A stretch of 63,325 bases of DNA, counting the filler, from Basidiobolus ranarum (taxonomy: Eukaryota), in the NCBI GenBank assembly GCA_040143965.1. It is 24 parts of 24 records of this genome, joined end to end, with 100 filler letters (N's around TTAATTAATTAA, not from the genome) between each part and the next. Parts side by side here need not be neighbours in the genome. Positions count along the whole stretch, not along the records: positions 1 to 2,555 come from JASJQH010010086.1; positions 2,656 to 5,208 come from JASJQH010010087.1; positions 5,309 to 7,861 come from JASJQH010010088.1; positions 7,962 to 10,513 come from JASJQH010010089.1; 20 more parts are not named here. One strand, given 5' to 3'. The position numbers were made by a program, and so were the translations under genes. The notes under the pieces are model-generated. The model ran no database searches and was not told where the DNA came from. It was given only the letters and a program-made list of their open reading frames with translations. This document shows positions 1-10,613 of this stretch, piece after piece; position 1 is the first letter of the stretch; each line of letters begins with the position of its first letter.

Positions 1-134
1 TAAAATATATGTTCCGATTTGCAGCTAAGTGATATTTGACTAAATAATGTTGACTAACTAATATGTGATATATGAAATAGTTAGGTGTATAAAGATAGGG
101 ATAACATATATAATAAAGACAATAAACTTCAACA
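1..134 (+). mobile_element. 3' end of a copia-type LTR (LTR type B)
   Basis: Ends ...AATAAACTTCAACA. Positions ~30-134 match the reverse complement of 12394-12495. Confidence 0.8.
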
Positions 135-504
135 ATACCAATACTCCTGATCTCCATACATTAGTTAAGAAACTACAAAAGTAGTTATGGCTTCTTTGTT
201 TTGTTTGAAATAAAGATTTCACCTGGTGGTGACTGTCTCCCCCCTACCCTAAGTACTCTCAAAACTCGTATATCAATGAAATTCTTATTCTAACTACATG
301 TACCTAACTAGCAGCATCGCAATCAAGTGCACATTCCCGATATCACTAGCACTCTGTGTGACATATCTTAAATAGTACCTGACACAACGATCAAAGTAAT
401 CCAACTGTAGATGGTAATGGCGATGTCTCAATAATGTATAAAAGCTACAACTTGGAAGTTCTAAACTCCATATTCTAAGTATCAGTTTAACACTTTCAAC
501 TACA

Positions 505-1208
505 TTGCTTTTCTTTCAAAAACTCATCTTGGTCAGTACTGCCACCATCTCTCTGCTTATGCCAACAATTGCTGCTCCTAATGAACGCAATCAGCCTGAA
601 CTCACTCCTAGCCCGGAGTATGTGGAGTTGTACAAAAAGGCTAAAGCATGTTGAGACAGCTTTCCAGCTACTTTGAAGAGTGTACCCGAAGTTATGGGGG
701 AAAGATTCCAGGAATGTGTCAAGATATTGGAAGAGCTCATTATTAGCTCACATCAGTCAGACAACTCGGTGGAAAAGTGAGGTGTGGATGGTAGCATTGC
801 TGGCGGAGTACTAGGCAATGCAATTGATCGCAATGTTGCTCTCCATGAAGGTTGGGAAAAGGTTGAAAAGGAGAAAGGGAACAAAGACATTTGTGGCTGC
901 CAAGACAGATATTGCTGGTGAAGAGATAGTTGCACATTTCTTGAGTCTAACTGAATATGATTGTAGTGTCATGGGGGCTTAGGAGTGTTTACTCTTGGGC
1001 TTGGCTACCTGAATCCAGCTCAAAGTTCTCCAGAGTGGTGCTGGATGAATAATATCAAAAGGTGCATTGTCCTCTCTATATCTTTGATCCTCAATTTGCA
1101 TTCAAGTAACAATATAATAGCGGATCTGATCACCAGATTTGTACTTAGGATACTGACTGTCTTTTTGACAACACTTCTTGTGCCGAAAACCACTGCGCTC
1201 TCTTTTAG
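505..1208 (+). pseudogene. Pseudogene of a secreted pre-pro-protein with a C-terminal cysteine-rich (Tha p 2-like) domain
   Basis: Manual translation gives a signal-peptide-like (L)LFFQKLILVSTATISLLMPTIAA, a pro-region ending VEK*, then ...ICGCQDRYCW*R / CHGGLGVFTLGLGYLNPAQSSPEWCWMNNIK / SGSDHQICT*DTDCLFDNTSCAENHCALF-stop. Intron 1062-1120 is GT..AG. A probable degenerate intron ends at 966 (CTAAC branch site, TAG acceptor). A TATA-like TATAAAA lies at ~437. Confidence 0.7.
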
Positions 1209-2133
1209 CTTGATAATGATATTTAACTCGATATTCACATATAGGAAAATAAATAATATGAGAGTTTTCTATGAAGCATATATACTAGAAATATTTCTTA
1301 CTCGAGATTGGTACCATTCCCTTGTTCTGACAACATCTAACTCAAAATGGATCAGCCTAGTTATCAGGTATCTGGATATATCTAATGCAGTTGACTTTAT
1401 CCGAACTTCCGGATTCCTGCTTGATACACTAAATGAGTTGTAATGGTTGCTTTAAGTATGATTCCCATTAATATTTGACAAAAGGAATGCCAAGTAGTCA
1501 AAAATTGGTGCAAAGATATACTCAAACTTCAGATTTGGTAAGTTGGTTATGAATATTATCCATTAGGTATGCACCTTGTATTAGGCAAGTATTTTTGTAG
1601 TTATGTTGTCACTCAGGTAGTACCCTCAAGGCAATGACTACCTGTACTCTGCGTTATATGAGCGCTTTATGGGGAATTGATTGTTCAAGGTGTTGAAAGT
1701 GGCATAACTTAAGCAGTTATATAGTCATGTAGCTATCTACCTCTCAGTACCTATTAATGGCCTTATACTTTCTCTGAAGCATTGCAAATAATACAACATA
1801 AAAATCAATTAGGTGGAAGTCAAGTCTACAGAGGTGTTGATAGATGACACTAGGCCAGAACTTGTTTTCTTGCACAGGAGGTATTAAATTCAAGCATATA
1901 AAGGCGATATGTCTACTTGAACTTTTGTAGCTATGGGGCTTACTTGAATCAATGCATGCCCTGAATTTACTAAATAGAGTGTATTAACTGAAACAAGCGG
2001 TTGAACACAACCTGATAACTTTATGGTAATAGTTGGTAGCAACCTAGTGGCAGTATTTATCATAGCCCAAAAAGTAAAAAGTGGAGTAGTATACTTAGGG
2101 TACTGGGGTAACTCAAGTAGAAATCGGGAAATA

Positions 2134-2420
2134 TTAAGATTCTCTGTTGGCACTATAGGAGAAGATTTCTATGCAGGTACAGACTTTATTTTCCACGCCA
2201 ATGGATCAAAGGGTGGGTGCATGTTCGCGGGAGACATAAGCAACATGGCTGATCGACTAGGACTTGGATTGCGCTCGGGTCATGGGGGTTATTATTTTCT
2301 TCTAGGAGTGTAATTTTATCGCCAATAGAAAAGGAGTGGTTGCCAAGGTATTTCATGCCGACAACGATAAATGTATATTTGGCATATTTGGGTTTGGGAG
2401 TGTCACAGTTTGTTATATTC
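2134..2420 (-). pseudogene. HIRAN-domain protein pseudogene/exon
   Basis: Manual translation: YTFIVVGMKYLGNHSFSIGDKITLLEENNNPHDPSAIQVLVDQ-(frameshift ~2247)-HVAYVSREHAPTL*SIGVENK. This matches the HIRAN pattern V-G-x-x-Y...L-x-x-E-x-x-N-P-x-D-x-x-A-I-x-V...(G/A)-Y-V-x-R. Confidence 0.72.
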
Positions 2421-2445
2421 CTATCAAATTAAATAGCTAAGAAGA

Positions 2446-2555
2446 TGTTGAAAGTCTGGTGACTTGTGGTACAAGCAGTAATTCCCAAAGAGGAAAATAT
2501 TGAGTATGGTGACTGCATCTGAACACAAAGTCTAAGGCCAATCAGTTGCTTGTAA
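2446..2555 (+). mobile_element. LTR terminus (LTR type A), truncated by contig end
   Basis: Begins TGTTGAAAGTCTGGTGAC. Near-identical copies with the same sharp left boundary occur at 12989 and 42095. Confidence 0.8.
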
Positions 2556-2655
2556 NNNNNNNNNNNNNNNNNNNNNNNNNNNNNNNNNNNNNNNNNNNNT
2601 TAATTAATTAANNNNNNNNNNNNNNNNNNNNNNNNNNNNNNNNNNNNNNNNNNNN
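2556..2655. other. Artificial contig-joining linker (N44-TTAATTAATTAA-N44), first of 23 copies
   Basis: Identical 100-bp spacer with stops in all six frames. Copies start at 2556, 5209, 7862, 10514, 13165, 15813, 18460, 21106, 23752, 26396, 29039, 31680, 34320, 36960, 39599, 42238, 44877, 47515, 50153, 52790, 55427, 58063 and 60695. Intervening contig lengths never increase. Confidence 0.99.
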
Positions 2656-2750
2656 AGTGTTTCCCATACCTGCCATTGGTTATCACCATACCCTTTGTCA
2701 CATGCCAGTGTCTTTACACTTCGTAGACTCATCTTTAAGTGTTTCCCGCG
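2656..2750. repeat. One unit of the ~84-bp tandem repeat
   Basis: AGTGTTTCCCATACC...CCATACCCTTTGTCA...TAGACTCATCTTTAAGTGTTTCCC matches the units at 3830-4730. Confidence 0.8.
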
Positions 2751-3829
2751 CCCAAAGTCGCACTTCAAATTAAACCCTGTTGGTCATCTAACCCTTGAAC
2801 TCAATTGTGTATTTGGGTCGTCGCATTTCAATATCTGCATTCTTTGATGACACTGACAAATCTTTGGTCATTATGTTTATTCCTTACCGCCATATTTGCT
2901 CAGGTGTTAACGCAACCATATCAACTGATAGGACTGGTATTGTGACGTTCTAGAGTTAAGACGTGTTAAGAAAGTGTTAGCAAGTGATGAAGGTAAACAA
3001 TAGATACGAGTTAGCAAGCAACAGGATATTCCAAGGTGTGAACTAAGTATCATGTGTTTGTTCAATCCAGTTATTCATCCAACTCTCTCAACGCGTAGGT
3101 TAGCCTCCATTTTGCCAAAAATTTGAGATCATAGCCAAATTGTTGTTGGCATAGAGGAATCAGTTATCTGTCAAAATTCCATGTTCTAGAGCTAAGACAC
3201 TAATACAATATCATCTCATCTAACCGGTACCATCAGCAGTGTTGAAGGCATGATAACTGAATCAATCTTTCGAAGAGATAAACTAGTTACTATTGTCGTT
3301 GATGATCTAGAAACATGATCTAGATGCCTAATGTAGCAGGTTACCGAGTTACAAATTCATATACATGTTGAAGTTTGGTCCTCTGTAATTGCGTATTTAA
3401 ATGGCTTTTCTGGATTTACCAATAAACCCAGCCACACTGTATAGGTTTACATAATCAATAAATGTTTGCATAACATTTAAACAGAGTACGCTGAATTTGC
3501 ATAACATTTAAACAGAGTACGCTGACAATGTTCCTTTTACAAATCACAAATATAAAGCCAAGCCACATCCAATTGGTCAGGTCATATAAGCTGAGCAATA
3601 ATTAATTGTTTTGGATGACTAACTCGATGGCATTTATACTGAAATTGATGTATTTAAACCTTAGTTCTTTGCAAGCTTGTTTAAGTACAGGTATAGAACA
3701 AGTTACTTATTTTGATGATGCGCGTTCAATCTAATCAAGTGTGCAGCCAATAAACAATTGAGATGGAGCGAAGTAACGCTTCAAGTGATTTGTTCGAAAC
3801 CATAATGAACGTTTCTCTTTTATCAATAG

Positions 3830-4730
3830 GTTTTTGCACTTTGTAGCATCTGTTTTAAATGTTTCCCCGCGCTTTGTGGACTCTACTGTAAGTGCTTTCC
3901 AAACCCATTATTTCTTAGTACCATACTCTTTGTCACTTATCGGTGGTTTCTAGCATTACATACACTCTTTTGGCACCATACTCTTTGTCACTTGTCGGTG
4001 ATTTTTAGAACTACATAAACTCTTTTTTAAGTGTTTTTCATACTCACTGTTTATTGTCAACAAACCTTTTGTCATTTGTCAGTGGTCGTTAACACTGTAT
4101 AAACTTTTGTTTAAGTGTTTCCCATACCAGTGGTTTCTTGGCACCATATGCTTCGTCGTTTGTCAGTAGCTTTTATCAACATACCTGCTGTTTCTTGACA
4201 CCACTCCCTTTGGCATTTACCAGTGGTCTCTAGCTTCTCGTAAACTCTACTTTAAGTGTTATCCATACTTGTCATTTTTTGGCACCAGACCCTTTATCGC
4301 TTGTCAGTAGCCTTCAGCACTGCCTAGACTCTCTTTTAAGTATTTTCTGTACGAGTTGTTCTATTATTACCGTACCCTTCGTCGTTTTCAGTAGTCTTAG
4401 CATATCTTTACCACTTTATTGGCTTTCCTTTAAGTGTTTCGCATACCCGTCGTTTTTGGCACTCTACTCTTCATCATTTGTCAGTGGTCGTTAGCACTTC
4501 ATAAACTCTCCTTTCAGTGTTTCATATACCTGCTGTTTGTTTTCACCATACCCTTTGTCACTTGTCAGCAGTCTTTAGACTTAGTAGACTTTCCTTTAAG
4601 TGTTTCCCACACCCGACGTTTATGATCACCCCACTGTTCGTCATTCGTCAGTCATCTTTAGCACTTCATAGACTCTCCTCTAAGTGTTTCCCATACCCGT
4701 CGTTTGTGGTCACCTTACCCTTTGTCTTTG
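3830..4730. repeat. Degenerate ~83-84-bp tandem array, about 10-11 units
   Basis: The AGTGTTT anchor recurs at 4433, 4516, 4599 and 4683, and upstream at ~4030, 4114, 4255 and 4339. Whole units are similar to each other. Confidence 0.88.
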
Positions 4731-5310
4731 CTTCAATTTTAACCCTATTATTAGTCTAATTTTCCAACCATATAGAATATTCTAGTAGCTTCTACCCTTG
4801 ACTAGCACCAGTGCTCTTGTTGCTTTGAATCCTGAACCGAATAATTCAAGGTGTTAACAAAGTTTCATACCGGGTTTAAATGTTTTGCATAACATCGGGA
4901 CAGAGTTGGCCGAAAACATTCCTGTTACAAGTCACAAATGATTTAGCTAAGCCACAACCGCCTCGTGGCATGAGTATTAAGAGCACAGCAGTTGGAGATA
5001 TCGCATGGAATTGAAATTGAAGTTTGTTTCACTCTTTCTTTGTTTGGATGAGACATTCATTAAGAGTTCAACTATTGATATTAATATAACTAAAAATAAC
5101 TATGATAATCAATTAAGATGAAGCGAATATAACTTTGTTTTGAACAAAAATGAACCAGAATCAATAGGGCAAAAGAGGAATTGTTATGTCCATTAGTCAG
5201 TAGCCTTTNNNNNNNNNNNNNNNNNNNNNNNNNNNNNNNNNNNNNNNNNNNNTTAATTAATTAANNNNNNNNNNNNNNNNNNNNNNNNNNNNNNNNNNNN
5301 NNNNNNNNAC

Positions 5311-5541
5311 TGTGCAGATATCTGGGAAGAACTTAATACAGAGTGGCACAATATTGCAGGGTATCCGCCAGATAGCTGGAAGAATGTTGATTCAGCAACG
5401 TTAATACAATGGTGGGCTTTGATGGAGATATTGATACAAACCCGTGTTGGGTATGAGCTAAACCTTGGGTATGAAGAACTCTATAAAAATATTCAGGAGA
5501 ATATATCAAAGAGACTAGGGATTTCGAAGGTGACAAATTAG
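5311..5541 (+). CDS. 3' end of an open frame, possibly the ORF2 C-terminus of a non-LTR retrotransposon
   Basis: 76 stop-free codons from the contig edge: CADIWEELNTEWHNIAGYPPDSWKNVDSATLIQWWALMEILIQTRVGYELNLGYEELYKNIQENISKRLGISKVTN*. The C..IW...W...R pattern resembles the region after the L1-type zinc finger. This is a weak call. Confidence 0.35.
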   Translation, partial: CADIWEELNTEWHNIAGYPPDSWKNVDSATLIQWWALMEILIQTRVGYELNLGYEELYKNIQENISKRLGISKVTN

Positions 5542-5643
5542 CATTCAAGTGGTAATTGTGTAAAATTTGAGTTACGTTTTTTGCACATGTGTTGATCCAT
5601 AGTTCTCTGAGATTTTAGCCAATCATTTGCAACTATTTTGCAA

Positions 5644-5793
5644 GATCTTGAAATTTCACTCCTGAAACTGAAAAAATTGATTAAAATCAAATCTAACTTG
5701 ACAATTTTATGATGGTAAGTAAACGGTCAATCCCAAATGGATTAAAATTGTGACGGTTTTCCTATGATAACAATCCTCAAATTTCTGTTAGGG
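5644..5793 (-). mobile_element. Terminus of CACTA-like DNA transposon (TIR CCCTAACAGAAAT)
   Basis: Near-identical to 52890-53039. Both copies end sharply at ...TTCTGTTAGGG. Here the end abuts copia integrase coding sequence (PMQTKS). Confidence 0.7.
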
Positions 5794-7861
5794 CCCAATG
5801 CAGACAAAATCCTCAAGCAGAAAAAGGTATTTTATGACCTTTATTGATGATAAGACTTGGGTGTACTTTCTGGCCAGTAAGGATGCAGCCTTTGATAACT
5901 TCAGGAAATTCAAAGCAATGGTGGAGACTGAAACTGGTCAAAAGATTAAGATTATCCATACTGTTAATGGAAGGGATATACCTCAGAACTCTTCTCTAAC
6001 TTCTGCTCAGCACATGGGATAAAACAGCAGACTATGGTGCCCTATTCTCCACAGCAGAATGGTGTAGCTGAATATACAAACAGATCAATAATGGAAAAGG
6101 CAAGATCAATGCCTCATGATAAAGATTTACCAAAATAGTTTTGGGCTGAATTGGTTGCAACTGCAATATATATGAGGAATAGATATCCTTCTAGGTTTTT
6201 ATTGGCTATGACACCTTATCAAGCTTGCTTTGGAAGTAAACCTCATGTGGCTAATGGCAGAGTTTTTGGAAGTACTGCATATGCAATGATTCCAGACCAG
6301 AAGAGAACAAAGTTAGACCATCAAAGCCAGAAATGTTTTTTTTGGGATATTGTGATGAAACAAAAGGGTACAGACTATATAAGAGGCTAATCAAGTCAAG
6401 GGATGTGGGATTTGCTGCATCAGAAAAAATTTCAATCAAAAAAAATCCTGTTACAAAAATAACAACCAAAAATTGCTGAAAATTCTTCTTTTTCTCACCA
6501 GATCTTGATCAGTGAGAATAACATTGGAAAGTCCTCACCAGCAGTCTCCTCAACCAAGCCTGAGGTGGTTACATTGCCTAAATTGGTACCAGAAGTTGTA
6601 GTGCCAATTTCCCACCTTAGGAAATCCAATTGGATGAGATCTCCACCTGATTACTACTCTCACACTAACCAGAAGGAGCCTGGTGCTAATTTAGCCTTTT
6701 CTGATGTACCCAAATCAGTACAGGAGGCTATGGAGAGTCCCAACACAAAGTTTTGGAGTGCTGCAATGGCAGAGGAAAATCAGTCACTCATAGATAACCA
6801 AACTTAGCAGTAGCAGCCAAACACAGCTTAAAAATCCTTCAAATTGATATTAATACCAAATTTGGACTTTGGTTAAGTTACCTGATGACCAAAAATCAAT
6901 TGGATGCCAATGGGTGTTTAAAGTTAAATGGCAAGCTGATCAATCTGTAGAAAGATATAAAGCCAGACTTGTGGCTAAAGAATACTCTCATATGGATGGA
7001 GTAGACTACAATAAAACTTATGCTCCTGTAGCAAAGTTTAATTCAATCAGAACCATACCAGCAGTAGCAGCAAAACACAGCTTAAAAATCCATCAAGTGG
7101 ATGTTAAAGCTGCTTTTTTGAATGTGGACTTGTAAGAGGATATATTCTTAGAACAACCAGATGGTTTTGTAGATCCTGATCACTCTGAGGATGTGTGTAA
7201 GCTTCAAAAATCACTTTATGGACTTAAACAATCACCTAGGGCCCAGTACATTAAGATAGACAGATACCTGGAATCACTTGATTTCCAAAAGAGTATGGCA
7301 GATTTTGGGATCTATTTTAAGACAGATAGCAACAGTAAGTTTATATTTGCCTTATATGTAGATGATCTGATCATAGCTACCAATAATGATGAAGCTCTCA
7401 GGAACACCAAAAGAGATCTAACAGTCCAACTCAAGATAACCAATTTAGGGGAACTTACATATTTGTCAGGTCTGCAGATCCATACAGACATATTGAGCAA
7501 ATCTATTACTCTGAATGAATCTAAATACACATCAGAGATTCTCAGATGTTACAAGATGTATATTTACAAGCTAGTAGCAACTCCCATGGATCCAGGTGTG
7601 AAACTAGTCAAAATCCCATCAAAAATGATGAAAATTGGCCAAATATGTCTCAAAAAATGTCATTTGAAAGCCCTGAGTTCCCTTATCAATCTGTGGTAGG
7701 TAGTTTGATCTATACTGTGACTGAAACCCAGCCAGATATCTCTTTTGCAATGGGAGTAGTCAGCCAACATGTGCAAAACCCAGGATCTGAGCATTATGCA
7801 GCAGTTAAGTGGATTTTCAGATATTTGAAGGGGACAATTGATCTGGGATTAAGATACACAT
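5794..7861 (+). mobile_element. Decayed Ty1/copia pol (integrase, reverse transcriptase)
   Basis: Motifs RYFMTFIDD, PYSPQQNGVAE, YKARLVAKEYS, IHQVDVKAAFLN, LQKSLYGLKQSPR, LYVDDLII and PYQSVVGSLIY in copia order (IN before RT), with many stops and frameshifts. Confidence 0.97.
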
Positions 7862-8019
7862 NNNNNNNNNNNNNNNNNNNNNNNNNNNNNNNNNNNNNNN
7901 NNNNNTTAATTAATTAANNNNNNNNNNNNNNNNNNNNNNNNNNNNNNNNNNNNNNNNNNNNTCACTTTGAAACCAACTATATGCCTATTACGGGTGGTCT
8001 AAAATACTTTCTATTTTAG

Positions 8020-10009
8020 GAGACTTCTGGAAGAACGAAGAGAAGAGCTTCCAAGGCTCAAACTGCTACCACTTCTAAAGTGGTTGCTCTTGGTCTTGAG
8101 AATGGTTCTATAATCATTTATTCCATCGCACTCGGTTCTATACAAAAAACTTTGAGTGGAGCTCATACTTTACCTGTACGTGACTTTATTTTCAATCAAA
8201 ACGGGGAAAGAGGTTATTCTTGTGCTCAGGATGGTTTTATTGTTGAATGGAATTTGATGACTAGCACTGTTATCAGGTATAGTACATTCAATTTTCGGAG
8301 TCCACATACGTATGTGCTAATTCTACTTGTATTTCTCTTAGAAAATGGAAGAGTGAAATCAAAGACATTCACACAATCAGTCTCAGTCACAATGAAACAG
8401 TCCTTGCGGTTGCTGCCCATAGCATTGAGCTCTGGGATCTAGAGTCGCAGACAGTTATCAAGGTTTCTATTAAATTTTGTATGATGGTTATTCTCTTTAC
8501 AATCCTAAATCATCTTGAAATCACAGAAATTTATGGACACGCTAGTGTGATTACCAATTTGGCGTTCTCCCCTAACGATGAAATATGTGCATCATGTGCT
8601 GAACATGATCGTTTCGTAAATTTGTGGGATTGTCGTTTGGAAGGTGATAAGATAGACTTGGCAGCTCTTACATTAGACGCAGATATTACTCAACTCGATA
8701 TATCAAAAACCAGCAATGTTTTGGCTTTGTCAGAAGAGGGTGTAGTTAGCCTTTGGGAGAACATTGTCAGCTCTACTTCATTAACTTCTAAGCCCTCTAA
8801 GAAGAAAAAGAAGTACACCACCCGACCCTCAGACTCTACTATTAAGGTTCTTTCTACAGCTGAAGAGTCGGTCATTGTTCCGATTCTAGTGGCCAAGTTT
8901 GTTTCCAAAGGGGATAGCTCCGAGATTCTCATTGCTCGTGGATCAACCCTTAAGCCCTCATTCGAAAGAGTGGTACGTTTTTTTAATTATTTAGCTCGTC
9001 GTAATCAAAACTAATTTTATGTTCAGCCATTCCGTGATGAGGAAAACGGTAACTTAATAACTGAAGTAGAAATCCGTCGTGACCCTGGTGGAGATCTTTT
9101 ATTGGATCAACAAACTATTGCCTCTAATAACTTGGTATGACTTTATTCATTTTCGTTCGCTGTCCCTCTCCGTTAACATCCTCTTCTTTCTTGAGCAGAA
9201 AGCTACACAAAGTTTATATGGTGATAGTGATGTAGTTGTTCTTGGTGCTACTGACATGGCTCTTCCTGACCCATCTATCAAAAAGCGTACTGAGGTTTTT
9301 ATTATATATTCATTTGTAACTTAGAAGTATGGTTTGTTTAATTCATGCTGGTGTTCAATAGGAACAAGAACCTACTATTGAGGAGAGATTGAAGGATCTT
9401 GCCGTTGTCGAGACAGCCGAAGGTGCTACCGGAAATGTCCCCACCCATAAGACCATCACCCCCAAGGCCAACTCTCTTGTACATATTCTTGTTCAGGCTC
9501 TGCACAGCAACGATATTCAACTTTTAGAAGGTTGCTTAAATAATACTAATACTGAAATCATCAATAATACCGTCAAACGTCTTCCTCCCACCTATGTTAT
9601 TCCTTTCCTTGCACAAGTCATTCCAAGATTCCAAGCTAAGCCAAATCGGGGTAGTGCTCTTTTAAGATGGATAAAATCAGTTCTCACCCTTCACACAGCT
9701 TATTTAATGACAGTGAGTACTATTCACCCCTATCTTCCTTTATAGCATCTGACTTATTTGTCTCATTAGGTGCCTGATCTGGTGAAACATATTGGATCCT
9801 TCTATCAAACAGCAGACAACCGTCTCGGCAGTTTCCAAAAGCTACTAGCTCTCTCTAGTCGTTTGGATCTGGTTACAACCCAGCTCTCTATGCGTAACAA
9901 TGAGGACATAGTCGAAGAGTTTGATAATGAACCAACGAATGTGTATATTGAAGGCGAATCTGATGAAGAGTATACTAGTTTGTCTGATGAAGAAATGGCA
10001 GATGCCTAA
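8020..10009 (+). CDS. UTP5: U3 snoRNP/SSU processome protein Utp5/WDR43 (5'-truncated, about six introns)
   Basis: WD40 repeats (GAHTLPVRDFIF, GHASVITNLAFSP..LWD). C-terminal Utp12-type domain KANSLVHILVQALHSNDIQLLEGCL...TVKRLPPTYVIPFL...WIKSVLTLHTAYLMTVPDL...LLALSSRLDL, then an acidic tail. GT-AG introns, e.g. 8277-8341 and 9713-9769. Confidence 0.9.
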
Positions 10010-10384
10010 TTATTTTTGCATGAGCAATTTTTTCACTGCTTAATCTTCATTTTCAACCCTTTGTCCGCTTTTCTTTTTACATATTTGTTTTTCTATCAAC
10101 ATATTGTGCAAAGTAACTAAAAGTAATTTCAACTGAATTCATATAACCAAAGCCTCTCCATATACAATGTGAACTATGCGATGCTTAAATATTCTCCATT
10201 TAGTGATTTAATTCATTGATTGTTTGAAGTGAGATCCGAGCATTTGAACTCATTTCAGCAGTTATCCAATGAATATTCATTGACATTTAAGAAAGTGGGG
10301 GCTTTTTTTCTTTTTAACTCGGGTATCAAAATTTGGTATTTACTTCAAGTCAATGTCCAGTTCTCTGACACATTCAATCACGAG

Positions 10385-10513
10385 ATGTCTGCCCTTCGCC
10401 TTGGTATTAGCCGTATAGCAACAGTTCGCACTTGCGTATTTTCTAGAAATTATGGTACACTTCAGTATTGCAATAGCACTTTAAAAGCAACTGGAGTTCG
10501 CACTCTCCGCTCT
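10385..10513 (+). CDS. N-terminus of a probable mitochondrial protein (truncated)
   Basis: MSALRLGISRIATVRTCVFSRNYGTLQYCNSTLKATGVRTLRS is Arg/Ser-rich with no acidic residues, like a presequence. It runs off the contig end. Confidence 0.55.
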
Positions 10514-10613
10514 NNNNNNNNNNNNNNNNNNNNNNNNNNNNNNNNNNNNNNNNNNNNTTAATTAATTAANNNNNNNNNNNNNNNNNNNNNNNNNNNNNNN
10601 NNNNNNNNNNNNN

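Noticed and set aside
652-921. In-frame TGA codons as selenocysteine or an alternative genetic code
   Set aside because: The same gene also lacks an ATG at the signal peptide, has an in-frame TAG and a damaged splice donor. CGA>TGA decay is the simpler explanation.
985-1443. 152-aa ORF in the track
   Set aside because: Only the first ~25 codons belong to the pseudogene exon. The rest reads through an intron and out of frame.
2600-2611. Regularly spaced TTAATTAATTAA palindrome (~2.64 kb period)
   Set aside because: Artificial six-frame-stop linker inside N runs, not biological.
3830-4730. Possible CRISPR-like array
   Set aside because: Whole units are similar, with no identical repeats separated by unique spacers, no cas genes and a eukaryotic context. 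The same applies to 30075-31030.
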